From the NCBI RefSeq assembly GCF_009914755.1, contig NC_060940.1: a stretch of DNA of 64,000 nt; one strand, written 5' to 3'. The translations under genes were made by a program, and so were the position numbers. Positions within the stretch are counted from its first letter, which is position 1, and the number at the start of each line of letters is the position of its first letter. This document shows positions 28,597-48,886 of the stretch, in pieces. The notes beneath the pieces were generated by a model, which was not told the origin of the DNA, ran no database searches, and saw nothing but the letters and a program-made list of their open reading frames with translations. Source of the stretch: the human T2T-CHM13v2.0 reference genome, Homo sapiens.

Positions 28597-29290
28597 AACA
28601 TTTATCTTTTTAATAAAACCCCCAACCTTTTCTTTGTTCTGCAGACAAACCAGAAACCATCCAGTCTATGTGTATGCCCTGAAATGCAATTCTTGCTTCC
28701 CAAAATAAAAAGTTAAATTTAGAGATTTGTCTCTACATTTTATTTTGACTTTGACATAGTCAAAGCAGTGTCTGCCAGATTTCTCCAGTAAAGTTACGTT
28801 TTCCCCTTTCTGCACTGTATACTTTGGAAGTGGGTCTCTGAGAACAGCCCACACACAAGGATATTTAAGCTCCACCCACTGTAAAGACAAGTATCTACTT
28901 ATCTAATTTGGAATTTTTTCTGTATGGAAAATTTGTTGCTCAAATAGTCTTTTACTTTTGTTTTCATGAAATCAGTATTTGTAGTTGTTCAGTGCAAGCA
29001 TTGGTCTAATACAAGCTAGTTTGCTGTGACTAGAAACAGAAGTCTGCTGCATTTATTCTTAAGACATATTTTGTTTAGAGAAAGCTAGTCAAAGCAATTA
29101 TCTCTGGCATCTGTGGCAAATGAGATTATATGTGTCTGTGTGTATGTGGTGGGTTTTCACTTTCTGTAGTTGTATATATTTGCATATTTTATAACAAGCG
29201 CATATTTTATTTTACAATCAGCAAAACAATGATGGTTTATCAATTTTATAAAAATAACAGAACAAAACAGTGGTCTTTACCTTTACTTCT

Positions 29291-31761
29291 TAGGGGAGAG
29301 GAAAAAAAGTCTCTTTCCTCTACCCATCTTAGGTTTTCCAGCTGGGGCCCTGTAAATTAGATTGGCAAAAGGCAGATTAACAAGAGAGAAACAAACAGAA
29401 GTTTATTAATGTGGGCATTGCACATACCCACGGGAGCACCCAGTGATGAGTAACTCCAAGGGATGGTTACAAAGTGGGGTTAAAGAGCATCTTAACAAAA
29501 AGAAAATAAAGTTTTAGAAAGTGACAAGACAAAGGAAAAGGACTTTGAGCTTCTAGTAAAATGTGCACAGGCAAATACATGGGAAAAACTAATGTAGGAT
29601 AAGGGCTAGTTAATGAGGTTTACTATGTCGATTCCTCTGGTGCCCTGTAGGCTAAGGGTCTAGCATTGTTTCCAGTGATTAATTTCTGTCCTTTGCGGTA
29701 GAGAGGGGAGGGAGGATATCTTAACAAACTTTTGTCCTGTTTTTAGGCAAATAGAGGGAGGGCAGAGAGCTTTTCTGATCTTTTTCTTTTTTTTTTTTTG
29801 AGGCAGAGTCTTACTCTGTTGCCCAGGCTGGAGTGCAGTGGTGTGATCTCAGCTCACTGCAACCTCTGCCGCTGGGGTTATGCGATTCTCATGCCTCAGC
29901 CTCCCCAGCATTTGGGACTACATGCGTGCACTACCACGTCCGGTTACTTTTTTTTTTTTTTTTTTTTTTTTTCAGTAGAGACCAGGTTTCGCCATGTTGG
30001 CCAGGCTGGTCTTGAACTCCTGGCCTCAAGTGATCTGCCTGCCTCGGCCTCCCAAAGTGCTGGGATTACAGGTGTGAGTCATCATGCCCAGCCAGGGAGC
30101 TTTTCTTTTTTTTTTTTTTTTTTTAGTATTTATTGATCATTCTTGGGTGTTTCTCGGAGAGGGGGATTTGGCAGGGTCATAGGACAATAGTGGAGGGAAG
30201 GTCAGCAGATAAACATGTGAACAAGGGTCTCTGGTTTTCCTAGGCAGAGGACCCTGCGGCCTTCCGCAGTATTTGTGTCCCTGGGTACTTGAGATTAGCG
30301 AGTGGTGATGACTTTTAAGGAGCATGCTGCCTTCAAGCATCTGTTTAACAAAGCACATCTTGCACTGCCCTTAATCCATTTAACCGTGAGTGGACACAGC
30401 ACATGTTTCAGAGAGCACGGGGTTGGGGGTAAGGTTATAGATTAACAGCATCCCAAAGCAGAACAATTTTTCTTAGTACAGAACAAAATGGAGTCTCCTA
30501 TGTCTACTTCTTTCTACACAGACACAGTAACAATCTGATCTCTCTTTCTTTTCCCCACATTTCCCCCTTTTCTATTCGACAAAACCACCATCGTCATCAT
30601 GGCCCTTTCTCAATGAGCTGTTGGGTACACCTCCCAGACGGGGTGGCCGCCGGGCAGAGGGGCTCCTCACTTCCCAGACAGGGCGGCGGGCAGAGGGGCC
30701 CCCCACCTCCCAGATGGGGCGGCGGCCGGGCGGAGGCGCCCCCCACCTCCCGGACGGGGCGGCTGGCCGGGCGGGGGCTGCCCCCCACCTCCTGGATGGG
30801 GCGGCTGGCCAGGCAGGGGCTGCCCCCCACCCCTCCTGGACGGGGCAGCTGCCGGGCGGAGATGCTCCTCACTTCCCGGACGGGGCAGCTGCCGGGTGGA
30901 GGGGCTCCTCACTTCTCAGACGGGGCGGCCGGGCAGAGGCGCTCCTCACCTCCCAGATGGGGTGGTGGTCAGGCAGAGACACTCCTCAGTTCCCAGACGG
31001 GGTCGTGGCCGGGCAGAGGCGCTCCTCACATCCCAGACGGGGCGGCGGGGGAGAGGCACTCCCCACATCTCAGACGATGGGAGGCTGGGCAGAGACGCTC
31101 CTCACTTCCCAGACGGGGTGGCGGCCTGGCAGAGGCTGCAGTCTGGGCACTTTGGGAGGCCAAGGCAAGCGGCTGGGAGGTGGAGGTTGTAGCTAGCCGA
31201 GATCATGCCACTGCACTCCAGCCTGGGCAACATTGAGCACTGAGTGAGCGAGACTGCATCTGCAATCCTGGCACCTCGGGAGGCCGAGGCGGGCAGATCA
31301 CTCGCGGTCAGGAGCTGGAGACCAGCCCGGCCAACACAGCGAAACCCTGTCTCCACCAAAAAATACAAAAACCAGTCAGGCGTGGTGGCGCGCGCCTGCA
31401 ATCCCAGGAACTCGGCAGGCTGAGGCAGGAGAATCAGGCAGGGAGGTTGCAGTGAGCCGAGATGGCGGCAGTACAGTCCAGCCTCGGCTCGGCATCAGAG
31501 GGAGACCGTGGAGAGAGAGGGAGAGGGAGAGGGAGACTGTGGAGAGAGAGGGAGACTGTGGAGGGACGGAGAGGGGGAAGGGGAGAGGGGGAGGGGGAGA
31601 GGGGGAGGGGGAGAGGCGGAGGGGGAGAGGGGGAGGGGGAGAGGGGGAGGGGTAGAGCAGGGAGCTTTTCTTATATCTGCTTCTTCTCAGTTATCTTGAG
31701 CTCAAAATCATCTTTATGATGAAGTGGCATATTTTGGGGTGACATATTCTGCTACCTTTCA
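29291..31761. mobile_element. MER31-like ERV1 LTR split by an Alu (about 29781-30092) and an SVA
   Basis: aggggagaggaaaaa...gggcagagagcttttct continues after the SVA as gagcttttcttatatctgc...gtggcatattttggggt. Confidence 0.65.
30108..31657 (-). mobile_element. Full-length SVA retrotransposon with short VNTR (probably an older subfamily)
   Basis: Poly(T), SINE-R (about 30125-30625), GC-rich VNTR (about 30630-31130), Alu-like domain (about 31130-31500), degenerate CCCTCT hexamers (about 31500-31657); perfect 15-bp TSD cagggagcttttctt (30093-30107, 31658-31672). Confidence 0.96.
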
Positions 31762-33034
31762 GCTCCCATGATCTATGTCTGTGTCTCTCAGTGAAGGGAA
31801 AAAATGAAGTTCACTGTTTAGATTATTTAGCTCAGAGTCACATCTTTTTCCCATAAACTCTGCTATTTGGATGTTTGGGGCACAAGGAACTGTGCTCTTG
31901 GGTCAGTGTGCATAGTACCCAAAAACCTGGGGTCTAGAGTTCAGATTCTGCATCTACCACTTATGACTGGCTGAGTAACCTTGACCAACATACTTACCTT
32001 TTTGTGCCTCTGTTTATCTGCCTCTGGGGTTATTGTGAGGAATAAATGAGATAATGAATGTAAAACATTTTGCATAGTACCTCTGCCGCAAAGTGCTCAT
32101 TTCATGTTAACGATGATTATCATTAGGAATCAAATATAGGCTTGGAGGGGAGTCAGTCCTGAGCTTTATGGTCCTAGACCTTCCTCTGGACTGAATCCCC
32201 CTTTGGAGCCCTGCCTGCTTTCATGGGTTGTTCAGATCTAATTTTCTTTATAAATTTGGTTGCTAAGAAAGAGTGCAATTTTCCATATTGACTAAGTATT
32301 TAAAAATATGTATGTAAAATCACGGAGTTAGGAACAAGCCCAAGCCCCGGGGGTTTGCTTTTCACCCTTTGTTCTTTAACAGTGAGTTTTTTTCTTTTTA
32401 AAATCAAATAAACAAGCCAGCCGACACTCTTCAGTCTCACCATGATCTCTCACAGTCTAGAATAAGGTCTGGTGCCCCAAGGGCCTGGAGCTGAGCCCAG
32501 TACCTGGAGGGTGTCAGGCTGAGGTGATCAAGGATGCTGACACATCTGACACCAGCAGGTGCTGGGACAGGTGAAGCCCATGTGTGGATGAACATAAGGT
32601 ATCAGGGGACCCTTCGAACACTACATTTATGGTGGAAAAGCACTGAACACCCTCTGCAACATGATTAGCTGATTAATTCACCGGGAGCTTGTTTTGTTCC
32701 TATTATGGAGACTAATCATGTGTTGTTTGAATGTGTTAGATGTTCCAGCTCCAATAAAGACATTAGTGACCATGAATAAATAAAATGTGTTTGCATTTCT
32801 AAGTAGTGGGTTGGAATTTTATAATTTTCTATTTCCCTAGAAGCATCTCATTATCCTGAAGCATCTCCTGCTAGATTCTAGACACAGGGTTTCAACCAAA
32901 AGAACAAATTTTCAGGCTGCAAAATGAAAAGAAGACTGAATGTTAACAGAATGTTGTCAACAAACCTGGGCTTTCATGGCCTTGGTCTGTAATGACTGTG
33001 GACAAATTGGTTGTATTCTAGGCATTGTGTTGAG

Positions 33035-34122
<1,088 letters not shown>

Positions 34123-34608
34123 CTTTCCCCAATATTTCTTTAGTCTAAGAGCAAGACCTACTTTCCTCATAATAAAGGCAGGTGGATGTGTCATCTTGGG
34201 TATTAACGCTGACAGATAGTAAGCTTGTGTATACACTAGGAGTTTAGTTCTATTACAGACATCTCTTGCTTAACACATGGATCAAGCACTACTTTCCAAT
34301 CAAAAACTATCTGAACAAGCAGAAACTGCAGAAATTCTGAGTGTCTAATGAACCAGTGTGAGCAGATTGAATGGCCTGCAGGGCAAAATTAATCAGTTTG
34401 GAACTTTGCTTGTTGGGCAAAATCTTAGCAGAAAACTCTCCCACTACTTCAGTTCAATCACTAGATAGCATTTTCTCTAGTAAATAATACTGGAAATTCA
34501 CATGGGCTTATAACCATCTTATAGAACATATTGTGTTAACATTCCCTTTTTAGGACTTGATAATTTTTTAAAGACTTGGCTTCTTCAATAAAAGGCTGAG
34601 ATTATGGG

Positions 34609-34656
34609 TTCTTCTTCTTCTTCTTCTTCTTCTTCTTCTTCTTCTTCTTCTTCTTC
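34609..34656. repeat. (TTC)16 / (GAA)16 trinucleotide repeat
   Basis: Pure run followed by a degenerate pyrimidine tract and antisense Alu pieces (about 34700-35175). Confidence 0.93.
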
Positions 34657-35879
34657 CTCTTCTCCTTCTTCATCTTCTTCTTTTCTTCTTCTTCTTTTTT
34701 TTAGAGTGTGCACCACCACACCTGGCTAGTTTTTTATTTTTTGTAGAGACAGGGTCTCACTATGTTGCCCAGGGTGGTCTTGAACTCCTGGGCTCAAGCT
34801 GTCCTCCTGCCTCAGCCTCCTGAGTAGTTGAGGCTATAGGTGCACACCACCACACCGGCTAAATAAATTTTTTTTTTTTTATGTGGATACTGGGTCTTGC
34901 TCTGTTGCCCAGGCTGGAGCACAGTGGCACAACCACAGCTCACTGCAGCCTTGACCTCTCAGGCTTAAGTGATCCTCCTACCTCAGCCTCCTGAGTAGCT
35001 GGGACTACAGGCATGCACCACCACCCCTGGCTAATTTTTATTTTATTTATTTATTTAGTAGAGATGGGGTCTCGTTCTCTTGCCAGGGCTAGTTCCAAAT
35101 TCCTGGGCTCAGCTGATCTTCCTTCCCTGGCCTCCTAAAGTGCTAGGATTACAGCTGTGAGTCACTGCCCAGCCGGATTTTCCTTCTCAACTCATTTCAT
35201 GGTCACCCTTTTAGGTGGGAGTTTTCCCTACATGCTGGCCTCCTTCTGTGTTCCTACAGAAATCCCAAATCTTTGAAAACATCCTTGCTTCCTCACCACA
35301 AGTAGTTTCAGGCTTTTGTTGCTTGTCTTACTTGTAAGAATCCCACCCCACCTCATCAGGGAAGCTCTAAACTTTGCACATGAGGGTGCATGTTATGTTA
35401 TGTTTACCACCTCTGTAGGATGACTCCAGAGAGACCACTCTGTTTTATATCATTGAGAGTCCAAGACTTTCATAAAGCCCTTTCCCATCATCCTTCAAGT
35501 AAGAGCTTTTCAATTTTTGCTTCTATTCCTTCTGAGTTATCAGCTTTCCTCTTCTCTTTCAGATGCAATGTACCGTCGTATATGTCACACCAGACTAATG
35601 TGTATGTTCAAGTACGAGGCTCTACAATGATTCTGTAACATCAACTATTAAACACCAATGGCCTAACTTTTTGGACCCTTGAATTAATTTCCCTACTTTA
35701 CTCAATATATTTAAAATGACTTCCAACCTCATGCAATGGTGTGACATAGAACATGACATTTTCTCCTAGATCTCTATACTTTTCCATGATAAAACTACGT
35801 TGTTGAAATGTCCCATAAAGGAACACTTCAAATACACATACATATCACTACAAATATTGTGAAATAAAGCCCATCTTAC

Positions 35880-37220
<1,341 letters not shown>

Positions 37221-37481
37221 CATTCAGCCTTCCTCTGAATAATGATAGTCAGCATTTACACAGTGCTTACTCCATGCTTTGCACTGTTCTAAGTGCTTTA
37301 TGATAGTAACACATTCAAAACTCATGACAACTTTCTGAGGTGGCTGTTATTACTATCTCCATGTCCTAGGTTAGGAAACTGAGGCATCAAAAGGTTAAAT
37401 GACAAGAAGTTAAGGACACAGGCATCATGTGGCAAAGCCCCTTTAGAATATAAGCTCCATGACAGCAGGAATGCTGTGTGA

Positions 37482-38609
<1,128 letters not shown>

Positions 38610-39614
38610 GTGGTGACAGGCCTTCTTATTAACACCATTTTTCAGCTGAGGAAACTGAGGCTGAGATGTGTTAAGTAACTTGTCCAAGATCACACAGCTA
38701 AGTAGCAGATTATAAAGGACTTGGTCCATCCCGAGGCTGTCACTGACTGGTGCAGCCAAACTATTTCTCGTGATCTGAGTGGACAGAAAGGGAGGAGAAT
38801 GTGCTGGGGAAGCCAGTTCCCACATTCGCATCTCAACATCAGGAACCCAGTGATAGTTTTAGCCCCAGTGGTGGGAGATGCTGCTGCTCTACAACTACAG
38901 TCTCCAGGTCCCATTTGCTTTTCTGTACTGACCAAATGGGCATTTTGTTTTGAGTGGGCACTGGGGATTACCCCTTCTTTTTCAGAGTTCTTGAACTTCT
39001 TAGACTCCTAGGGTTGGGTAATCACTTTGGGTTGGTAGTTTAGAGGACACTGGAAACTTATTGGGATTTGCATCCAGTCAGGTGTGTGTACCCTGGGTAA
39101 CACCATTACCAGGTAGCTCAAATGACCTCTCTAGCTCATTCCATCCCTCCTTCCTAAAATCTGCCCACTGTACTGCAAGGTTAGCCACTGCCAGGACTGC
39201 TCACTGGGCAATTATCATTTTTACCATTTCAACCTCATTTGCAACCAGCCACTAAGCAGCCATTGTGGTTTAAACAACAATCCCCTTTGGACACAGACAT
39301 AGTAATCAAAGCCTTTCACACCAAATGCTGGGAAAGTCTGTGATTTTGTTAACTAAGAATGCACTGTTTTCTGTTCTCCATGTCTATGATTTTCACATTC
39401 CTGAGCACTGGCCAAGGGGGTTGTCCAAAATCATGTCAAACAGCAAGACCATTGTTTACCTTTTTTTCCTTGGCAGTTTCAGCACTGACTTGCTCTTTTT
39501 GTTTTGCTTTGTTTAGAACAAGTAACAGGCAGTAAAGGAGCAAAATAGCAGGTCCCAATAGGGGTGACAAAATAATATCTTTTTCAGAGTTGAAAACAAG
39601 TGTTCAGACAGAAT

Positions 39615-40210
39615 TTTACATGAATGGTCACAGCAGCACTATTCACAGTGGCCAAAAGGTGAAAACAACTCAACTGTCCATTAACACATAAACAGATAAA
39701 TTGTGGTATAAACACACAACGGGATATTATCCTCTCATAAAAAGAAATGATGTACTGATACAGGCTACAAAATTTATGAGTCTTGAAAAAATTATGCTAA
39801 GTGAAAAAAAATGGGCCAGACACAAAAGGCCAATATAGTATGATTCTATATAAAATATCTAGACTAGGCAAATCCACAGAGACAGAAGGCAGATGAATGG
39901 TTGCCAGAGCTTAGGGAAGGTGGAATGGGGAGTGATTGCTTAATATGTATGGGGTTTCCTTCTAAAGTAGTGAAAATGTTCTAGAACTAGGCGGTAGTAA
40001 TGGTTGCACAATATTATAAATGTACTAAGTGTCACTGATGGTAAATATTGTTATGTGTATTTTCTGTGTGTGTCAGACTGGTAATGTGCTGATGTCATAA
40101 CAAGGCTTGAGGGAGTCACATCTCACACATGCACATGAAAACCCAACGATCATGCTTAGGAACTCCAAAAAGATCGTGTTATGTGGATTTTATCACAATT
40201 AAAAAAACTT
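39615..40210 (+). mobile_element. L1MB-type 3' end hosting the U13 retrocopy
   Basis: cacagcagcactattcacagtggccaaaaggtg...ggcaaatccacagagacagaa. Confidence 0.78.
40072..40174 (-). pseudogene. SNORD13: U13 snoRNA retrocopy (symbol is the parent gene)
   Basis: Reverse complement ATCTTTTTGGAGTTCCTAAGCATGATCGTTGGG...CAGCACATTACCAGTCTGAC aligns end to end with remembered U13; 15-bp TSD tgttatgtg(t/g)atttt at 40049-40063 and 40177-40191. Confidence 0.92.
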
Positions 40211-41217
40211 TCATAGGAAGAAAGAAAAAATTTTTTTTCAGAGATCTTTGGGCATTAACTCAAATTAATATTACCAAAACTCCCAAAAGAGAAAATTAAC
40301 CAATTAAGACATTGGTTACATAGGAGTATACATTTGTCAAAACCCCTTGAATTGTACTTGAGATCTGTCTTTCACTCTATGTACATTTTACCTCACTAAA
40401 AATTTGACCAATCAAAAGTAACAGAAAATACAACTATACTACGTGCAAAAATAATCTATGAAGAGGTGATATTATATTACCTATAAGATTGAATTATACA
40501 GCTTCTGGGTATCCAGGCAGTCATCGACAATGCTCTGTGGAGCTCTGGGAAGCCTATCGTAAAGTTATTTAAACTACCACCGAATTCTAGAAGGAATTGC
40601 AATGTGGAGTTGCAGTCAGGGTAGACGTTCATGTCCCAGAGGTCACAGCATGTTCCTGTTGCAGCCGCACCCAGATGTTCACAATGGTGGAGACCTTGCT
40701 TCCCAGTAACACCAAGTCTGAATGTAATTTCACTTAATGTTCTTTGGCTATACAGCAGTCAATAATGAGAAGTATCCACTGCAAATAAAATTATTTACAG
40801 TTGTCACGTGGGGCTAGCTCATCCATCACTATATCCCTACTTCACCAGTGCGTAATATATAAAATCACATTGTATCTGACAAATGAGTCAACGAAAGATT
40901 TTTCTCCTATTTACATTAGAAGCATCCAGTAAAACCATTCCCAAACAAAAATTTAACATTTAACAACTTCACCAAATATGTATTTCTTTATTTACTGAAA
41001 CCTACCTAGATACATAGAATTATAGTATTAGAACTCTATTGTGTAAGCCCAGTTTCAAATGAATTAGATTCCACAGTTTTTAAAAATCTCATTGGAATTA
41101 GAGGGTGATTGGGAAAGCTTTTAGTTCCAAGAAACTTTGTCTAGTTTTAGTCCTTGTTTGTTCCTTGCTGATACCAGATAGAAGTAGGGTTATATGGATA
41201 CCTTTTAAAATAGCCTA

Positions 41218-42439
<1,222 letters not shown>

Positions 42440-42729
42440 TCACTTTGTCAATCTAAAATTAAATTTCAAATGATAGAAGTTGAAAAGTAAAAGGGAGAAG
42501 AGCTCAAAGTGTGTGAGGGGCTGATATTCTCATCTCATGAAACAGGAACCAAAAGACACTACATAATTAATAGAATTAGAAGTAAAACTGTTAGCATATG
42601 ACCAAAGTTACTGGAGCAGACACACTACATAACCAATATTTATTCCCCTTTACTTCCTTGTAACAGAACCCTAGTTTTGTTCAGGGCATCAATATGGTGT
42701 AATCATGATATGTAATGGATCATTCAGAA

Positions 42730-43080
42730 ACCAGTGAATCTTAACCCTGGCTGCACATTGCAACCACGTAGAAGAGATTATAATTTAATTGGTCTAGGGC
42801 AAGGTTTCTCAACTTGACACTACTGACATTTTGAAGAGAATAATTCTGTGTTGTTGGGGGCTGTTCTGTGTGTTGTAGGGTGTTTTACACCATCCTGGCC
42901 TCTATCCACTTAATGGTGGGCGCACCTCGCCCCCAGTTACAAGGATCAAGACTGTACACAAACATTGCTAACTTACCCTTGGTTGAGAACCACTGACCCT
43001 AGGATAAGACCATGTTCAGAGACGTACACTTAAAAATATCCCTAGGAGATTCTAATATGTAACGAGGGTTGAGAACTATT
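42730..43080. mobile_element. MER20 (about 42798-42996) nested in a MER5-like hAT element, inside a MaLR LTR remnant
   Basis: ggtttctcaac...ggttgagaaccactg termini; typical MER20 internal text. Confidence 0.65.
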
Positions 43081-43729
43081 GATATAAGCCAATTAGTCAA
43101 TCCAGTTTCTTGTAGGTTTTTCCAGGTTCCCTTGCAGCTATGTGTGGTCATGTGACTTAGTTCTGGCCAGTGAGATTTAAGTGGAAGTTTGCTTTGCTAG
43201 AGGGTTTGTGAGAGGAGGTCTAAGAAAGCTTGTACTTTATTGATGAAAGGTGACAGACATAGCTCTTGTTTCCTGCCTACTCTCCTCTTTTTCCTGTTTG
43301 TATGAAGCTGTGATGTTTGGAGTTGTGGCCACCAACTTGTAATCAAATGAAGACAAGCATGAATATAAAAACTAGCCTGTTAAGGATGGCAGACAGGAAA
43401 GACAGGGAAGGCATAAAATAAAAAATTTATTTAAATTTTTATTTTATTTTAAACTGGGTCCCTGCTGGCAGTTTTTGGCAGCTGAACCAACAATAAGCAG
43501 GACTTGTTTAGTGAGTACAAATTTCTCCCTGTGTGTTTAAGCTGCTGTAGGCAGGTTTTTGTTATCTGAGTGAAAATCAATCACAATTACTACAGTTACG
43601 AATGTAATAAAAGGAAGAAGAAAAATAGATTACTGGTAGGATAGAGATGGGAAGGAAAGAGAATACTGTAAACAAGCTAAATCCTCATCTCTCATAACAG
43701 GAAGTATAAAGGGATGAATAAAAACAGTT

Positions 43730-44079
43730 GTATATATATCTCCAAAAGAATTGAAAACATATGTGCACACAAACACTTATATATGAACGCTCACAGCAGC
43801 GTTATTCATAATAGCCCCAGGTGGAAACAGTGTAAATGTCCACCAACTAATGAACGGATAAACGAAATGTAGTCTATACATACAATGTAGTCTATGCATA
43901 CATTACTTTATGACCAGCTGTCATAAAGTAATGGGGCACTGACACACGCTACGACATGGATGAACCCTGAAATCATTACACTAAGTGATAGAAGCCAATC
44001 ATACAAGGTTACATATTATGTGATTCCATTTGTATGAAATGTCCAGAAAAGGTAAATCTATAGAAACATAAAGTAGATG
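43730..44079 (+). mobile_element. L1MB-type 3' end, left part (continues at about 47131-47350)
   Basis: ...aggtaaatctatagaaacataaagtagatg joins agtagttgcctggggttgggg after the insertion, as in L1MB 3' ends. Confidence 0.82.
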
Positions 44080-44280
44080 TGCCTGGCGCGGTGGCTCACC
44101 CCTGTAATTTCAGCACTTTGGGAGGCCGAGGCAGGCAGAGCATTTGAGGTCAGGAGTTCGAGGCCAGACTGGCCAACATGGTGAAACACCACCTCTACTC
44201 TATATACAAAAAATTAGCCGGGCGTAGTGGTGCATGCCTGTGATCTCAGCTACTCAAGAGGCTGAGGCAGGAGAATCGCT

Positions 44281-44281
<1 letters not shown>
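44080..44281 (+). mobile_element. 3'-truncated Alu (first 200 nt, no poly(A)) fused to the MOCS1 retrocopy
   Basis: Starts at Alu position 1 and stops at gagaatcgctt; A and B boxes present. Confidence 0.93.
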
Positions 44282-47130
<2,849 letters not shown>

Positions 47131-48181
47131 AAATAGATGAGTAGTTGCCTGGGGTTGGGGGAGGGGCAATGGGGAATGATTGCCTAATGGATATCGGGTT
47201 TCCTTTTGGCATGATGAAAACATCCTAAAACTAGATAGTGGTGATAGTTGCACAACTTTATGAATATACAAAACCCCACTGAATTGCACTCTTTAAAAGG
47301 ATGAATTTAATGGTATGTGAATTATACCTCATAAATAAAAATTAAAAAAAAACACAGAAACAGCTTTATAAGCTGAGTATTAGAGGCATGGAAGGATCCA
47401 TCAAAAGGCAAAGTTGAAAGAGACTCCTTCTTAGGAGCAGGAAGAGGACTTGGGAGGGCAATTGTTTTTCATTATTAGTCCTTCTGGATCCTTTGAGACA
47501 TACATATATATATATATTTTAAATGTATCTGTATTACTTTGGTAAAATTTTTAAAGAAAATTTAAAGGAAAAAAGTGACATAAGAATCTTTCTTTCTTTG
47601 TAGCCTTGGATAAGCTAGCAACTCATGTAAGCAAGAACTTTTCTCTCTTATTTCCAGGCAAGCTGCCAAATTAAATCCCTTTCTTTTCCTGCTGGCGTCT
47701 GCCAACGTGATGTCAGAGACTGAAAACTAGCTTCTAAGTAAATAGGAAAAAAGAAAAATAAAAAGCACATTCTTAACTAAAATCACACATTTATAATTCT
47801 TCAGGCTCATGACTAACACAATGTTTTTCATAACCCTGAAAAAGTGAGGAGCATGTCATAACTCACAAATAACCTCTAAAACCATTTAAGAGCTTTTTAG
47901 CAAGAGAAAGGAGAGTGTTAAACAGCAGTAAGCTGTCACATCAATCCAGATCTAAATTCCAAACCAGTAGGACAAATGTACACAGCCACGTGTACATGAA
48001 CTCTGCAGATATCAAAATAGAAGTTTATGCTTTCAGCTGAGCAATCCATTTTCCTGGGGAGAACACTTTCTTCCTGCAAATGAGTATGAAAGGCCTCAAA
48101 TTCAAGATTTCTGAGCAACTGCTCCTGAAGAATCCAGTTTCAACTCCTACAAAATGCAACTTAAAAACAAAATGTAGACAT

Positions 48182-48842
48182 ATTTTCTTTTCTTTCTCTT
48201 TTTCTGAGATGGAGTCTTGCTCTGTTGCCCAGGCTGGAGTGCAGTGATGTGATCTCGGCTCACTGAAACCTCCGCCTCCCAGGTTCAAGTGATTCTCCTG
48301 CCTCAGCCTCCCGAGTAGCTGGGATTACAGGCGCCCGCCACCACGCCCAGCTAATTTTTGTATTTTTAGTAGAGACGTGGTTTCACCATGTTGGTCAGGC
48401 TAGTCTCGAACTCCTGACCTCGCGATCCACCCGCCTCGGCCTCCCAAAGTGCTGGGATTACAAGCGTAAGCCACTGCGCCCGGCCCTTTCTTTCTTTCTC
48501 GATTTTCTTTTCTTTCTTTCTTTCGTTCTCTCCTCTCTGTCTTCTTCTTCTTCTTCTTTTTTTTTTCTGACAAGGTCTCACTCTGTCACCCAGGCTGGAG
48601 TGTAGTGGTACGATCTCGGCTCACTTTCAACTCTGCCTCCCAGGCTCCAGCGATCCTCCCAGGTAGCTGGGACTACAGGTGTGTGCCACAACACCCGGCT
48701 AATTTTTTTATTTTTATTTTTTTTGTAGAGGCGGGGATTTCCTCATGTTGCTCAGGCTGGTCTCGAACTCCTGAGCTCAAGCAACCCACCCACCCCGGCC
48801 TCCCCAAGTGCTGGGGTTACAGGTGTGAGCCACTGCACCCGG
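48182..48842 (-). mobile_element. Two antisense Alus (about 48182-48485, 48487-48842)
   Basis: Antisense dimers with pyrimidine-rich tails. Confidence 0.9.
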
Positions 48843-48871
48843 TCTCGGACGCATTTTCATTAGGTGCCCTC

Positions 48872-48886
48872 TGACGTCAGCAGCTG
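48872..48886. promoter_or_regulatory. Candidate CRE palindrome with adjacent E-box
   Basis: TGACGTCA (48872-48879) and CAGCTG (48881-48886); motif evidence only. Confidence 0.25.

Noticed and set aside
30597-31719. Gly/Arg/Pro-rich ORFs up to 207 aa
   Set aside because: SVA VNTR and hexamer translations.
32655-32728. acatgattag / ctaatcatgt inverted repeat as a miRNA hairpin
   Set aside because: Stem is only about 10-14 bp with a poorly paired interior.
35540-35620. Polypyrimidine-AG acceptor followed by a weak donor (possible small exon)
   Set aside because: No partner exon or recognisable coding content; such motifs are common by chance.
40480-40900. Unique, slightly CpG-richer island with CACGTG and TGAGTCA
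   Set aside because: I could not recognise a protein or repeat family; conservation data are needed.
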